64,000 nucleotides of DNA. It comes from Malacoraja senta. Lineage: Eukaryota. The stretch covers positions 3,226,001 through 3,290,000 of the forward strand of contig CM075994.1 of the NCBI GenBank assembly GCA_038087875.1, written 5' to 3'. Under the pieces are notes generated by a model. The model searched no databases and had not been told where the DNA came from. It worked only from the letters and a program-made list of their open reading frames with translations. Numbering within the stretch: position 1 is the first letter of the stretch; every line of letters starts with the position of its first letter. The translations under genes and the position numbers were made by a program. Shown here in pieces: positions 27,970-41,167 of this stretch.

Positions 27970-28654
27970 AGGGCCTGTCCCACTTACGTGTCCTTGGCAC
28001 GCAAATTACGCGACCTCGTAGTCAGTTTGAGCTGCGACGGTCCCGCGAAGGTCGCGCGCGACTTCATTCGAACGCACTGCCGTCTGGAGCGCGTGGCATC
28101 ATTTGAAGATGGATGCAAAATGCTGGAGTAACTCAGCAGGACCGGCAGCATCTCTGGAGAGAAGCAATGGGTCACGTTTCGTGTCGAGACTTTCTTCATT
28201 CTGAAAGAAGGGTCTTGACCCGAAACGTCATCCATTGCTTTTCTCCAGAGATGCTGCCGGCCCCGCTGAGTTACTCCGGCATTTTGCGTCCATCTTCAAT
28301 TTTCTTGGCCCCGCTCTGGGAGTAGTAGTGTGGGCGGATCCGGGCCGCAACGGCCGTGAGCCCCAGGCCGAGTTCGACGATCGTTTGCCTGCTTATGCTG
28401 CTGTTCGAGGTGAGACGTTGCGTAGCACCAAGGTCTTGGGACTGTCACACTTTGGCTGTCAGTTCCGCGACAGGCCGTTGGCGCATGAAGATTTCGTTCG
28501 CTACAAAAATGTCGGAGCCCCGCGCGATGTCGTGCACAACTCCATACCGCTCAGTGGGACCGGCTTCGCGCGGCCATACGATGCCCGTGCGCTTGAACGC
28601 GACCACGAGGTCGCGTAATTTGCGTGCCAAGGACACGTAAGTGGGACAGGCCCT
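27970..28654. mobile_element. MITE (PIF/Harbinger-like) with ~50-bp perfect TIRs
   Basis: AGGGCCTGTCCCACTTACGTGTCCTTGGCACGCAAATTACGCGACCTCGT inverted at both ends; TTA/TAA flanks. Confidence 0.9.
28103..28299. mobile_element. ~200-bp palindromic Penelope-type element with two opposed degenerate minimal hammerhead motifs, nested in the MITE
   Basis: Two ~95-bp inverted arms; CTGAAAGAAGGGTCTTGACCCGAAACGTC at 28201-28229. Confidence 0.7.
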
Positions 28655-29288
28655 TAAGTTTTAACCTTCTTTGAGCAAGGGTGCAGATTTATCCGCCAAC
28701 AGATGTAGAATATCCAACATATGTAGAATATATGGAAAAAACAAATTATTAAAACATCACACCCTATCAATTGAAAATGCCGCATGCACCTAAACAACTG
28801 AAGGCAGGTTACAAGGACATATGATAGCAGTCATAAAGTTAATAAAATACAAATTATTCAAAGCTGCCGACTGCTTGGTTTCTATCAATGGAATAAACCT
28901 AACAGCACAGTAATACGGTGCAAATAGTCAAGGGTCAAGAAAAGTCAAGAGTGCTTTGTTCGCATATGGCCTGAAACGGAATAATTCCACCAGCAGAATA
29001 ACATGTGTCTAAACCACAGTATGCATTACATGATATATCAAGCAAACAAAAATAAGTTCATCGAGGAATAATAATCCCAATATAGTGCAAAAAATAAAAT
29101 AAAGTACGAAAGTGGGAGAAATGAGTTTGCATGACAACTTGTTTGTATTAGAAGTACCACATGCGGTACATTTGTATGACGCACTACATAATGGAATTTT
29201 ACACGGAAAAGATGCTTGGGCTCATCAGCTCTAGAAAATTGCATTCTATAAAATGTATCTTGACTCGATATTTTGCAATTATTTTCAG

Positions 29289-29306
29289 TTAAACGAACTG
29301 GTTCAG
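29289..29306 (+). CDS. Microexon 18 nt, (V)KRTGS
   Basis: ttattttcag|...tcag|gtaagg, strong sites. Confidence 0.7.
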
Positions 29307-29667
29307 GTAAGGTTTTTCGAATATATTTTAAAAAATGTTTCTCGCACTACTTCCTTATATTTGTCTGTGCATTTGCAAATCGCGATTTTACAGCAATTGC
29401 AGACTCTCGCGTCGGTCTATTTAAGATTAAATGGTTGAAATAGCTGCCTAGCAAGTTAATGGTATGAACATGCCGTGCGTAAAATGAAAGGTTATTCGTT
29501 TTGTTTTGCGAATTGACTCCTTTACTATCCTTTAGGAGTTGAAACACTTCGTTTGCAACTTGGTATAGTATCAAATTAATTGATCTGTTAACTACTATTT
29601 AGCTTTCACACGCATGCGCTCGAGCGACATAATATTGGACATTAATGCTCTTTGAACTGCCCATATA

Positions 29668-30156
29668 TCTATATACTTTTAAAACTCTCTGGCTGTCTGT
29701 ACGTCTGTACGTCTGTACGTCTGTACGTCTGTACGTCTGTACGTCTGTACGTCCGTACGCCGCCTTTGATACCGCCCCTGGCCCACACAGCGCGCGGAAA
29801 GGCCAATATTTTTTACCATTTCCAAAGAGATGACATTTATCTTTACGAATAGCCACTCCTGATTAAATTCGGTCCTGTTTATGTACACGTTTTTTAAAAA
29901 TAAAATCCATCCCCCCACCCACCCCCATGTGATTGTCTCCGATTTTCTCCGAAAACGACGCCATCTTTTTTTCGCCGATTTTCTCCGAAAAAGACGCCAT
30001 CATTTTTTCGCCGATTTTCTCCGATTTTTTCCGAAAACGACGCCATCTTTTTTTCCACGATTTTCACCCCGGGGTATGAAGGACGTTCGGGAAAAAACAC
30101 CCCGGGGTGTCAAGCACTTTCGGGTACCAGACCCAACGGGTCTGCACTTGGTCTAG
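29668..30156 (+). mobile_element. Non-autonomous Helitron (~490 bp)
   Basis: A|TCTATA 5' end, hairpin CAGACCC-AAC-GGGTCTG, CTAG|T 3' end, no TSD; internal (GTCTGTAC)n and ~35-bp repeats. Confidence 0.88.
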
Positions 30157-30397
30157 TATAGTTTAAAATAATCAGTACTATTCAATTGAATTACATATCA
30201 TTGCATCGGCGCTCCTTTTAGTGAATGCATCAGTTAGAGATGGCGATCTCGCAATTAGCACCGGTAAAATTTACTGAATTTTTGCTTGCAAACCTGAAGG
30301 AACTAAGCAAATGTTCCAATCGCTAAAAAAGAAATCATGAAGTGGACATGTGCAGAGATTGAAAGGGGTGGGTACATTAAGTAAATGGAAGGCAACG

Positions 30398-31040
30398 TTT
30401 CATAGCAAAAGGATTTGAGTATAGGAGCAGGGAGGTTCTACTGCAGTTGTACAGGGTCTTGGTGAGACCACACATGGAGTATTGCGTACAGTTGTGGTCT
30501 CCTAATCTGAGGAAAGACATTCTTGCCAGAGAGGGAGTACAAAGAAGGTTCACCAGACTGATTCCCTGGATGTCAGGACTTTCATATGAAGAAAGACTGG
30601 ATAGACTTGGTTTGTACTCGCTAGAATTTAGAAGATTGAGGGGGGATCTTATAGAAACGTACAAAATTCTTAAGGGGTTGGACAGGCTAGATGCAGGAAG
30701 ATTGTTCCCGATGTTGGGGAAGTCCAGAACAAGTGGTCACAGTTTAAGGATAAGGGGGAAATCTTTTAGGACCGAGATGAGGAAAACATTTTTCACACAG
30801 AGAGTGGTGAATCTCTGGAATTCTCTGCCACAGAAGGTAGTTGAGGCCAGTTCATTGGCTATATTTAAGAGGGAGTTAGATGTGGTCCTTGTGGCTAAAT
30901 GGATCAGGGGGTATGGAGAGAAAGCAGGTACAGGATACTGAGTTGGATGATCAGCCATGATCATATTGAATGGCGGTGCAAGCTCGAAGGGCCGAATGGC
31001 CTACTCCTGCACTATTTTCTATGTTTTTATGTTTCTATGT
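30398..31040 (+). mobile_element. Young CR1 3' end
   Basis: Open 164-aa CR1 ORF2 C-terminus; TTTCTATG tail; very similar to 63168-64000. Confidence 0.95.
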
Positions 31041-31137
31041 TTATGTACATATTGTCACACTTTAACATATAGCCTTGCTCACTGACGATATGCACGAAAC
31101 AAAATGCATTTTTAATACTTTCATAATTATTTACGAG

Positions 31138-33541
31138 TATATAACTAAAAGTCTGATCTTGACGGCTTTTGGCTCACTGTGCTGTGATTTCCGTGAGAAC
31201 GCCGCCACCTACGGCCGTCATTTCTGGCCACCTCGCTCAGAGCCCCCCTCCGCCTTCCTGGACCAGAGGATTTTTCCCATCGATGAAAAATCAGAGACAT
31301 ATTAATGGTTTTTATTTAATTGCCATTCTCTCTGCTGCCCCTGCTGGAGGGAGGGGGGGGACTATAAAACCAGGAAGTGGTGTGCCTCACTCAGTATCTG
31401 CAAGATGGAGGAAGCTAGAGGGTCACGTCTCTCTGAGCTCTGAATAACACTGAACAAATATCTACTCAACTGTGAGTGCCCTTAATGTGTTTTGAAAATG
31501 AAAATATGGTTGGTTTGAAGTAAAAAGGCACTGCCTGCAAATGGTTGTTTTTCGGGGGTTTGGGTTGAAGTAAAAAGGCACTGACTGCAAATGGTTGTTC
31601 GGGGGGGGGGGTTTGGGATGTAGTGATAAGGCACTGCCTGCAAATGGTTGTTTGAGGGGTTTGCGTTGAAGTGAAAAGGCACTGCCTGCAAATGGTTGTT
31701 TGGGGGCGTTGGGTTGAGTGAAAGGGCAATGCCTGCAAATGGTTGTTTGGGGGTTTGGGTTGAAGTGAAAAGGCACTGCCTGCAAATGGTTGTTTGGAGG
31801 GTTTAGGTTGAAGTGAAAAGGCACTGCCTGCAAATGGTTGTTTGGGGGGTTTGAGTTGAAGTGAAAAGGCACTGCCTGCAAATGGTTGTTTGGCGGGTTT
31901 GGGTTGAAGTGAAAAGGCACGGCCTTCAAATTGTTGTTTGGGTTGAAGAGAAAAGGCACTGCCTGCAATTGGTTGTTTGGGGGGTTGGGTTGAATTGAAA
32001 AGGCACTGCCAGCAAATCGTTGTTTGGGGGGGTTGGTTGAAGTGAAAAGGCACTGCCTGCAAATGGTTGTTTGGGGGGGTTGGTTTGAAGAGAAAAGGCA
32101 CTGCCTGCAAATGGTTGTTTGGGGGGGGGTGGGTTGAAGTGAAAGTCACTGCCTGCAAATGGTTGTTTCAGGGGGTTGGGTTGAAGTAAAAAGGCACTGC
32201 CTGCAAATGGTTGTTTGGGGGGTTTGGGTTGAAGTGAAAAGGCACTGCCTGCAAATGGTTGTTTCGGGTGGTTGGGTTGAAGTGAAAAGGCACTGCCTGC
32301 AAATGGTTGTTTGGGGGTTTGGGTTGAAGTGAAAAGGCACTGCCTGCAAATGGTTGTTTGGGGGGTTTGGGATGAAGTGAAAAGACACTGCCTGCAAATG
32401 GCTGTTTGTCTAAACTTGACAACTTCCTTTTCGCACTATATTGAATTTAGATAAAACGCTACCACTTACGGCTGTGATTTTTGGCCATCTTACTTAGTTC
32501 CCCTCCGCTCAAGAGGTGCAGAGGATTCTTCCCATCAATGAAAAACAAAACTGTTATTGGTGTTTAAATTTTGTTGAGAATCTCTCTCCTGTCAATCACG
32601 CCATGAAGTCCACACCTCTTCCGGTGGGAGGGGGAGGGATTATAAAACCAGGAAGTGTTGGTGTGTCTCAGACTCTGCATGATGGGGAGGGAGAGGTCAG
32701 GACTCTGTCTGAGCAGTGAATCAACTGAACACACTGAATGTCTACTGAACTGTGAGCGTGGTGTTTTGTGTGGTTTTATTGTGGTTGTTATGGTGGTTTC
32801 ACCCTGCTTGAAATAGTAGGAATGCATTTGAGTGTGGTGGCCTTGCACCCTGCATGAAATGGTATGAAACTGCATTTGAATGTGGTGTCGTTGCACCCTG
32901 CATGAAATGGTATGAAACTGCATGTAAATTTGGTGGCCTTGCACCCTCCTTTAAAATGATATGAAACTGCACTTGAATTTGCTGTCCTTGCACCATGCTT
33001 GAAGTGGTTGGAAACTGCACTTGAATTCGGTGGCCTTGCACCCTGCTTGAATTGGTAGGAAACCGAACCTGAATTTTGTGTCCTTGCACCCTGCTTGAAG
33101 TGGTATGAAACTGCACTTGAATTTTGTGGCCTTGCACCCTGCTCGAAGAGGTAAGAAATTGCACTTGAATTTGGTGGCCTTGCACACTGCTTGAAATGGT
33201 ATGAAAATGGATTTGAATTTGGTGGCTTTGCACTCTGCTTGAAATGGAATTTCAAGGAATAGCCGTTAGTCAACTGCCAGCCCACTAGCCGTGAGTGAGC
33301 TGCCAGCACATCAGGCATGAGGGACTGAGCTGTCACCCCAATAATCTATTTGGCGCACAATGTCCATACTAGCCCTCTGGAGACCAGTAGTCCCTGCAGC
33401 CAGCAACACCCATACCAGCGCTCCTGAAAGCCCCCCCCCCATTAGACACCAATATTGGAATTGGTGAAGAGGTGGACTATTGCGTCGGGGGACCAGCCCT
33501 CCCGTATGAACATGGGACCCAACGGGTCCCACTTAGTCCAG
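31138..33541 (+). mobile_element. Non-autonomous Helitron with two minisatellite arrays (~47-bp unit at 31505-32410; 48-bp unit at 32795-33250)
   Basis: Start tatataactaaaagtc matches the family 5' module; ends GGGACCC-AAC-GGGTCCC acttagtCCAG. Confidence 0.85.
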
Positions 33542-35474
33542 TATTTTACTAAAAGTCAAATCTTGACCACGTCCTGTTTTTCTGTTTCATGATTTTTGAA
33601 AAACGGCTGCCACTTATCGCAGTGATTTATGGCCATCTTACTCAGAGTCCCCCTCTGCTGCCCAGGACATGAGGATTTTTCCCATCGATGAAAAATAAAA
33701 GATGTATTAATGTTATAAAAATGTTGCCATTCTCTCTGCTGCCCCTGCTGGTGGAGGGGTGAGGGACTTTAAAACCCGGAAGTCTTGCGCCTCACTCAGT
33801 CTCTGCAAGATGGAGGTTGGTGGTGGTTGCTTTGAAATGATGCACTGCAAATGGCTTTTGGTGGGCGGTTGCTTTGAAATGCTGCACTGCAAATGGCTGT
33901 TGGTGGACGTTTGCTTTGAAATGCTGCACTGCAAATGGCGGTTGTTGGGCGGTTGCATTGAAATGCTGCACTGCAGATGGCGGTTGGTGGGTGGTTGCTT
34001 TGAAATGCTGCACTGCAAATGGCGGTCAGTGTGTCGTTGCTTTGAAATGCTGCACTGCAGATTGCGGTCGTTGTGTGGTTGCTTTGAAATGCTGCACTGC
34101 AGATGGCGGTTATTGAGTGGTTGTTTTGAAATGATACACTGCAGATGGCGGTTGGTGGGTGGTTGCTTTGAAATGCTGCACTGCAATTGGCGGTTGGTGA
34201 GTGGTTGCTTTGAAATGCTGTACTGCAAACGGCGGTTGGTGGGTGTTTGCTTTGAAATTCTGCACTGCAAATCGCGGTCGGTGGGTGTTTGCTTCGAAAT
34301 GCTGCAATGCAAATGGCAGTTGGTGGGTGGTTGCTTTGAAATGCTGCACTGCAAAAGGCGGTTGGTGGGTGGTTGCTTTGAAATGCTGCACTGCAAATGG
34401 CGGTTGGTGGAAACTTGAAAACTTCCTGTTTGCACTGTATATTGATTTTAGTTAAAACGCTATCACTTACGGCTGTGATTTTTGGCCATGTTACTCAGTG
34501 CCCCTCCGCTCATCGGGTTATTAGTGTTTAAAAATATGTTGAGAATCTCTCTCCTGTCAATCACGCCATGAAGTCCACGCCCTTCCGGTGGGGGGGGCGG
34601 GAATATAAAACCCGGAAATCTGGGTGTGGAACAGTCTCTGCAAGATGGGGGAGGGAGAGGTCACGACTCTGCCTGAGCAGTGAATCAACTGAACACACTG
34701 AATGTCTACTGAACTGTGAGTGTGGTGTTTATGTGGTGATTATATGGTGTTTATGTGGTGCTGTGTGGTTTTATGTTGGTTTAATGGTGGTTTCACCCTG
34801 CGTGAAATGGTATGAAGCTGCATTTCATAGTGGTGGCCTTGCACCCTGCTTGAAATGGTATGAAATTGCATTTGAATGTGGTGGCCTTGCACACTGCGTG
34901 AAATGGTATGAAACTGCACTTGAATCTGGTGGCCTTGCACCCTGCTTGAAATGGTATGAAACTGCACTTCAATTTGGCTGCCCTGCGCCCTGCTTGAAAT
35001 GGTATGAAACTGCACTTGAATTTGGTGGCCTTGCGCCCTGCTTGAATTGGCATGAAACTGCACTTGAGTTTGGTGGCCCTGCACCCTGCTTGAAGTGGTA
35101 AGAAACTGAACTTGAATTTGGTGGCCTTGCACCCTGCTTGAAATGGTAGGAAACTGCATTTGAATTTGGTGGCCTTGCACCCTACTTGAAATGGAATTTC
35201 AAGGAATAGCCGTGAGTCAACTGTAAGCCCACCAACCGTGAGTGAGCTGGCAGCACATCAGGCTTGGGTGACTGTCACCCCAACAATGTCCACAATGTCC
35301 CTACTAGCCCTCTGGAAACCAGTCCCTTCAGCCCACAATGCCCATACTAGCGCTCCAGAAAGCCCCCCCCCCCACTGTCCACCAACATTTGAATCGTTGG
35401 GGAGGTGGAATATTGCGTTGGGGGACTCGCCCTCCCGTGTGAACATGGGACCCAACGGGTTCCACTTAGTCTAG
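33542..35474 (+). mobile_element. Non-autonomous Helitron, head-to-tail with the previous one; 42-bp array at 33815-34410 and 48-bp array at 34795-35195
   Basis: Start tattttactaaaagtc; end gggacccaacgggttccacttagtCTAG|T. Confidence 0.88.
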
Positions 35475-35683
35475 TATTAATATAAGAGACAAAGTTGATC
35501 ATTGATCACTTTTTATCAAGAGTAGGTAGGCAATATTAATACATCTCGATCAGTTTCGTAATAACGGCCAATTACTTTAATGCTCAGGAATGGAGTATAC
35601 TGGTGCGGAAATTGCATTTTGACTGAAAGGAAAACAAGCCTTTTCAATTGGAAATCCTGTGATCCAACGAATGGTAATTTTCG

Positions 35684-38402
35684 AACATTCCAGGATTTCG
35701 TTGCTTCAGGGGTGATAGAATTGGAGGGGCAAGAGGTGGGGGTGTGGCATTGCTTGTCAAGGAAGATATTACAGCAGTGCTTTGGCAGGATAGATTAGAG
35801 GGCTCGTCTAGGGAGGCTATTTGGGTGGAGCTGAGAAATGGGAAAGGTGTAGCAACACTTATAGGGGTGTATTATAGACCGCCAAATGGGGAGAGAGAAT
35901 TGGAAGAGCAAATATGTAAGGAGATAGCAGATATTAGTAGTAAGCACAAGGTAGTGATTGTGGGAGATTTCAATTTTCCACACATAGACTGGGAAACACA
36001 TTCTGTAAAAGGGCTGGATGGTTTGGAGTTTGTAAAATGTGTGCAGGATAGTTTTTTGCAGCAATACATCGAGGTACCTACTAGAGAAGGGGCAGTGCTG
36101 GATCTCCTGTTAGGAAATGAGACAGGGCAGGTGGCGGAGGTAAGCGTTGGGGAGCACTTCGGGTCCAGTGATCACAATACCATTAGTTTCAATATAATTA
36201 TGGAGAGGGACAGAACTGGACCTAGGGTTGAGATTTTTGATTGGAGAAAGGCTAACTTTGAGGAGATGCGAAAGGATTTAAAAGGAGTGAATTGGGACAT
36301 GTTGTTTTATGGGAAGGATGTAGAAGAGAAGTGGAGGACATTTAAAGGTGACATTTTAAGAGTACAGAATCTTTATGTCCCTGTTCGGTTGAAGAAATAG
36401 TAAAAATTGGAAAGAGCCATGGTTTTCAAGGGAAATTGAACACTTGGTTCGGAAAAAGAGAGAGATCTACAATAATTATAGGCAGCATGGAGTAAATGAG
36501 GTGCTTGAGGAGTATAAAGAATGTAAAAAGAATATTAAGAAAGAAATTAGAAAAGCTAAAAGAAGATATGAGGTTGCTTTGGCAAGTAAGGTGAAAGTAA
36601 GTCCAAAGGGTTTCTACAGCTTTAATAATAGAAAAAGGATAACAAGGAATAAAATTGGTCCATTAGAGAGTCAGAGTGGGCAGCTATCTGCAGAGCCAAA
36701 AGAGATGGGGGAGATATTGAACAATTTATTTTCTTCGGTATTCACCAAGGAGAAGGATATGGAATTAGGTGAGGTAAGGGAAACAAGCAGAGTAGCAATG
36801 GAAACTATCAGATTCAAATATGAGGAGGTGCGGACCCTTTTGAAAAATATGAAAACTGATAAGTCTCCAGATCCTGACAGGATATTCCCGAGGACATTGA
36901 GGGAAGTTAGTGTAGAAAGAGCAAGGGCTATGTCAGAAATATTTCAAATGTCATTAGAAACGGGAATAGTGCCGGAGGATTGGCGTACTGCGCATGTTGT
37001 TCCGTTGTTTTAAAAGGGTTCTATGAGTCAACCTACCAATTATAGACCTGTTAGTTTGACGTCAGTGGTGGGAAAATTAATGGAAATAATACCTAAAGAT
37101 AATATATAAAAGCATCTGGATAAGCAGGGTCTGATTAGGAACAGTCAACATGGATTTGTGCCTGGAAGGCCATGTTTGACTAATCTTCTAGAATTTTTCG
37201 AAGAGGTTACTAGGGAAATTGATGAGGGTAAAGCAGTGGATGTTGTCTATATGGACTTCAGTAAGGCCTTTGGCAAGGTTCCTCATGGAAGGTTGATTAA
37301 GAAGATTAAATTGTTGGGTATTAATGGTTGGTGCCAGGTTGGAGGCCGGTGACTAGTGGGGTGCCTCAGGGGTCTGTGTTGGGTCCACTGTTGTTTGTCA
37401 TGTACATCACTTATCTGGATGATGGTGTGGAAAATTGGATTAGTAAGTTTGCAGATGATACTAAGGTAGGTGGTGTGGTGGATAATGAAGTAGATTTTCA
37501 AAGTCTACAGAGAGATTTAGGCCATTTGGAAGATTGGGCTGAAAGATGGCAGATGGAGTTTAATGCTGATAAATGTAAGGTACTACATCTCGGCAGGACA
37601 AATCAATAGAGGACGTACATGGTAAATGGTAGAGAATTGAGGAATGCAGTTGAACAGAGGGATCTAGGAATAACTGTGCATAGTTCCCTGAAGGTGGAAT
37701 CTCATGTAAATAGGGTGGTGAAGAAAGCTTTTGGTGTGCTGGCCTTTATAAATCAGAGCATTGAATATAGAATTTGGGATGTAATGTTAAAATTGTACAA
37801 GGCATTGGTGAGGCCATTCTGGAGTATGGAGTACAATTTTGGTCGCCTAATTATAGGAAGGATGTCAACAAAATAGAGAGAGTACAGAGGAGATTTACTA
37901 GAATGTTGCCTGGGTTTTAGCAACTAAGTTACAGAGAAAGGTTGAACAAGTTAGATCTTTATTCTTTGGAGCGCAGAAGGTTAAGAGGGGACTTGATAGA
38001 GGTCTTTAAAATTATGAGCGGGTTAGACACAGTTGACGTGGATAAGCTTTTTTCCATTGAGAGTAGGGAAGATTCAAACAAGGGGACATGACTTGAGAAT
38101 TAAGGGACAGAAGTTTAGGGGTAACATTAGGGGGAACTTCTTTACTCGGAGAGTGGTAGCTGTGTGGAATGAGCTTCCAGTGGAAGTGGTGGCTGGTTCG
38201 ATTGTATCCTTTAAAAATAGATTGGATGGGTATATGGACGGGAAAGGAATGGAGGGTTATGGTCTGAGTGCAGGTAGATGGGACTAGGGGGAAGTATTTA
38301 TTTAAAACAAATAAAAATAAAAAATAAAAAATAAAAGTTCGGCACGGGCTTGAACGGCCGAGATGGCCTGTTTCCGTGCTGTAATGGTTATATGGTTATA
38401 TG
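35684..38402 (+). mobile_element. CR1 LINE of a second subfamily (HER1-like), most of ORF2 (APE endonuclease plus RT), with stops and frameshifts
   Basis: GVYYRPP, GDFNFP, SDHN, DFSKAF, KFADDTK; 3' end ggcctgtttccgtgctgta matches the SINE tail. Confidence 0.95.
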
Positions 38403-38983
38403 GAATAACAAAATTTGTAATTTTTTATAAAGGAAACACATATAAATCAAAAACACCCTCCACTCAAGTGAACCAATTGCAGAATCCATTATAAATAAAT
38501 AATTCTTGCAGAAAATGTTCAAAAGGCACACGTGATAAGTGTATGGTGTGTTGAAGTTATTTTCGCAGAACATGTTTTATCAGTATTACGACAGATTTGT
38601 GGTGCTGCAAACTTTGCGATGGTTACGAAAGTTGCCGGGTAGATATCATGCCGGTGAATTTGGTGGACCTTTTCCGCTCATTGGAGTATTACCATTTTTT
38701 TCAGTAGTGAAACATTTTCGGTGAATTCATTTTCCCAAAAAGTGTTTTACCATGAAATAGTTGAGATCCGAATTTAATGTATCAAGGTAAAGGAAAATAT
38801 AGATAAACTGTAGTGTTGCGACGATTCAGATATGTACCAGTTTTATTATCAAACGCTAATGTTGCATTAAACATGGAAAATAATATGAATGCATGCAAGT
38901 ATGCTCCCATCTAATTAGTCATCCATGATTTCAAATACAAATATGGGCATTACAAGTTAAATATTACCTCTGCCTGTTTTCAG

Positions 38984-39007
38984 TCACAAAGATCAAGGAA
39001 GCCAAAG
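38984..39007 (+). CDS. Microexon 24 nt, (V)TKIKEAK
   Basis: ctctgcctgttttcag|...aaag|gtaatt; phase 1-1. Confidence 0.75.
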
Positions 39008-39118
39008 GTAATTGCGATAAATTATGAAAAAATTGGTGTTCCGAATCCCGACGGAAATGTAAAGAAATTTCGCAGTAATAAGTCTACCTTATATACTGTT
39101 GATAATATATGAAGTAAA

Positions 39119-40398
39119 CTAGACTAAGTGAGACCCGTTGGGTCCCAGCATCACACAGGAGGGCTGGTCCCCCAACGCAATATTCCACCTCTCCACCAAT
39201 TCCCATATTGGTGGTCAATGGGGGGGGGGACTTTCTGGAGAGCTAGTATGGGTGTCGTGGGCTGAAGGGACTGGTGTCCAGAGGGCTAGTATGGACATTG
39301 TGGGCAGAATGGATTCTTGGGCAGGCGGCTCAGTCACTCAAGCCTGTTATGCTGGCAGCTCACTCACTCACGGCTGGTGGGCTGGCAGTTGCCTCACGGC
39401 TATTCCTTGAATTTCCATTTCAAGCACGGTGCAAGGCCACCAAATTCAAGTGCAGTTTCTCACCACTTCAAGCAGGGTTCAAGGCCACCAAATTCATGTG
39501 CAGTTTCATACCATTTCAAGCAGGGTGCAAGGCCACTAAAGACAGCGAGTCGTGACCTCTCCCTCCTCCATCTTGTAGAGACTGAGCCACGCCCACACGT
39601 ATGGGTTTTATAGTTCCTCCCCCTCCCACCAGAAGGGGCGTGGCCTTCATGGCGTGATTGACAGGAGAGAGAATCTCAATATTTTTTAAACACTAATATC
39701 TCTTATTTTTCATCGATTGGAAAAATCCTCGGCACCTGAGCAGCAGAGGGGGACTCTGAGTAAGATGGCCAAAAATCACAGCCGTACGTGGTAGCGTTTA
39801 TTCTAAAATCAATATAAAGCGCAAACAGGAGGTGGTCAAAATTAGACTTTTAATTATATAGAAGGCAAGGCAACTTTAATTAGGCACGGCAATTTTAATT
39901 ACACAAGGCAACTTTAATTAGGCAAGGCAACTTTAATTAGGCAATGCAACTTTATTTAGGCAACACAGCGTTTGCATTACCAAACCAAAAGCAACACAGC
40001 TTTAGCATTTCCAAACTATAGTTTCAAACCACATTAAGGGCACTGAAAGGTCAGTAAAACCACTCACAGTTTAGTAGACATGTGTTCAGTTTTATTCACA
40101 GCTCAGACTGAGAGACGTGACCCTCTCGATTCCCCATCTTGCAGAGACTGACAGGCACTGAACACTTCCGGGTTTTATAGTCCCTCCGGAAGGGGCGTGA
40201 TCTTCAGGAGAGAGTATGTCAACATGTTTTAAACACTAATACCTTTTTTACTTTTCATCGATGGGAAAAATCCTCTTGTCCTTGTCCTATCTTACTCAAA
40301 GATAACCAAAAATCACAGCCGTAAGTGGCAGCGTTTTTTCTAAAATCAATATACAGAACAACATGAAGTGGTCAAGATGAGACTTTTAGTAATATAGA
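39119..40398 (-). mobile_element. Non-autonomous Helitron, same family, with an internal second 5' TC terminus at 39862
   Basis: Minus strand A|TCTATATTACTAAAAG ... GGGACCCAACGGGTCTCACTTAGTCTAG|T; ~19-bp repeats at 39863-39962. Confidence 0.9.
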
Positions 40399-41140
40399 TT
40401 TCTAATGCAAATTAGGAAGATAGTTAACATGATTCAATATCTTTAAAATGAATGTAAAGGCTATGTTGTATTATTTAGTTCGTTATAGTGTGCCTCGGGC
40501 AAACTTATGCAATGGCTCCAAGCAAAAATGGTCAAACATTAGCAATTCGCACTGTATTGTTTCAGATAGTGATACACACAATTAGTACAAAATATGTGCA
40601 TATAGTTTTACTTGGAGAAGCTAACACAAATATACCTGTGCAATTTATCCAATTGTATCTTATATCCACATTAATTGTGTACTAAATGTGCATAAATGGT
40701 CGAAACTGATAATTTGAAAGATGTAAACCTTGACATTATTTTCCACACGTTAACAATAGATGCACGTTTTTTTTCAAATCTACTCCCTCGACAGAGTCTG
40801 ACCTTATATTAAGAAATCTCCTGCATCGCGCTGAGTCTCGCAAGCTTGGCGAAAACCTGGTTTTATGGGAATTGTAGATGAGAACCCAATTTACAGATTC
40901 GGCGCGCAGATTCTGTTGAATGCTAATTAGAAATTATCGCCTATTTTCTTTAAGTTATTAGCGTATGTTGGTAGACAAATTTCGGTTCATAAACATGCAT
41001 CTTGCCAGTTTAAACAAGTTTCCATTCTAATGTTTTTGCACGATTTTAAGATCTCTTTTGAATCATTAGATTAGCAAAACACTTACTTTGTTCGCGAAAA
41101 AAATGTCCTTTACTATGTATTATGATATTCTTATTTCCAG

Positions 41141-41167
41141 ACAGTAGGACAGCCCTTGAAATGTTAG
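41141..41167 (+). CDS. Microexon 27 nt, (D)SRTALEML
   Basis: ttcttatttccag|...ttag|gtgagt, strong sites. Confidence 0.78.
   Translation, partial: TVGQPLKC

Noticed and set aside
29394..30263. Possible exons 29394-29414 (AIADSRV) and 30234-30263 (VRDGDLAIST)
   Set aside because: One weak splice site each; indistinguishable from chance without RNA data.
31462..35180. Long repetitive Cys/His-rich ORFs and a CRISPR-like look of the arrays
   Set aside because: They are translations of 42- and 48-bp tandem units open on both strands; no unique spacers, no cas genes, eukaryotic context.
38595..38621. Possible 27-nt exon (D)LWCCKLCD at a spacing like the 62138 exon
   Set aside because: Weak donor gttacg and little sequence similarity.
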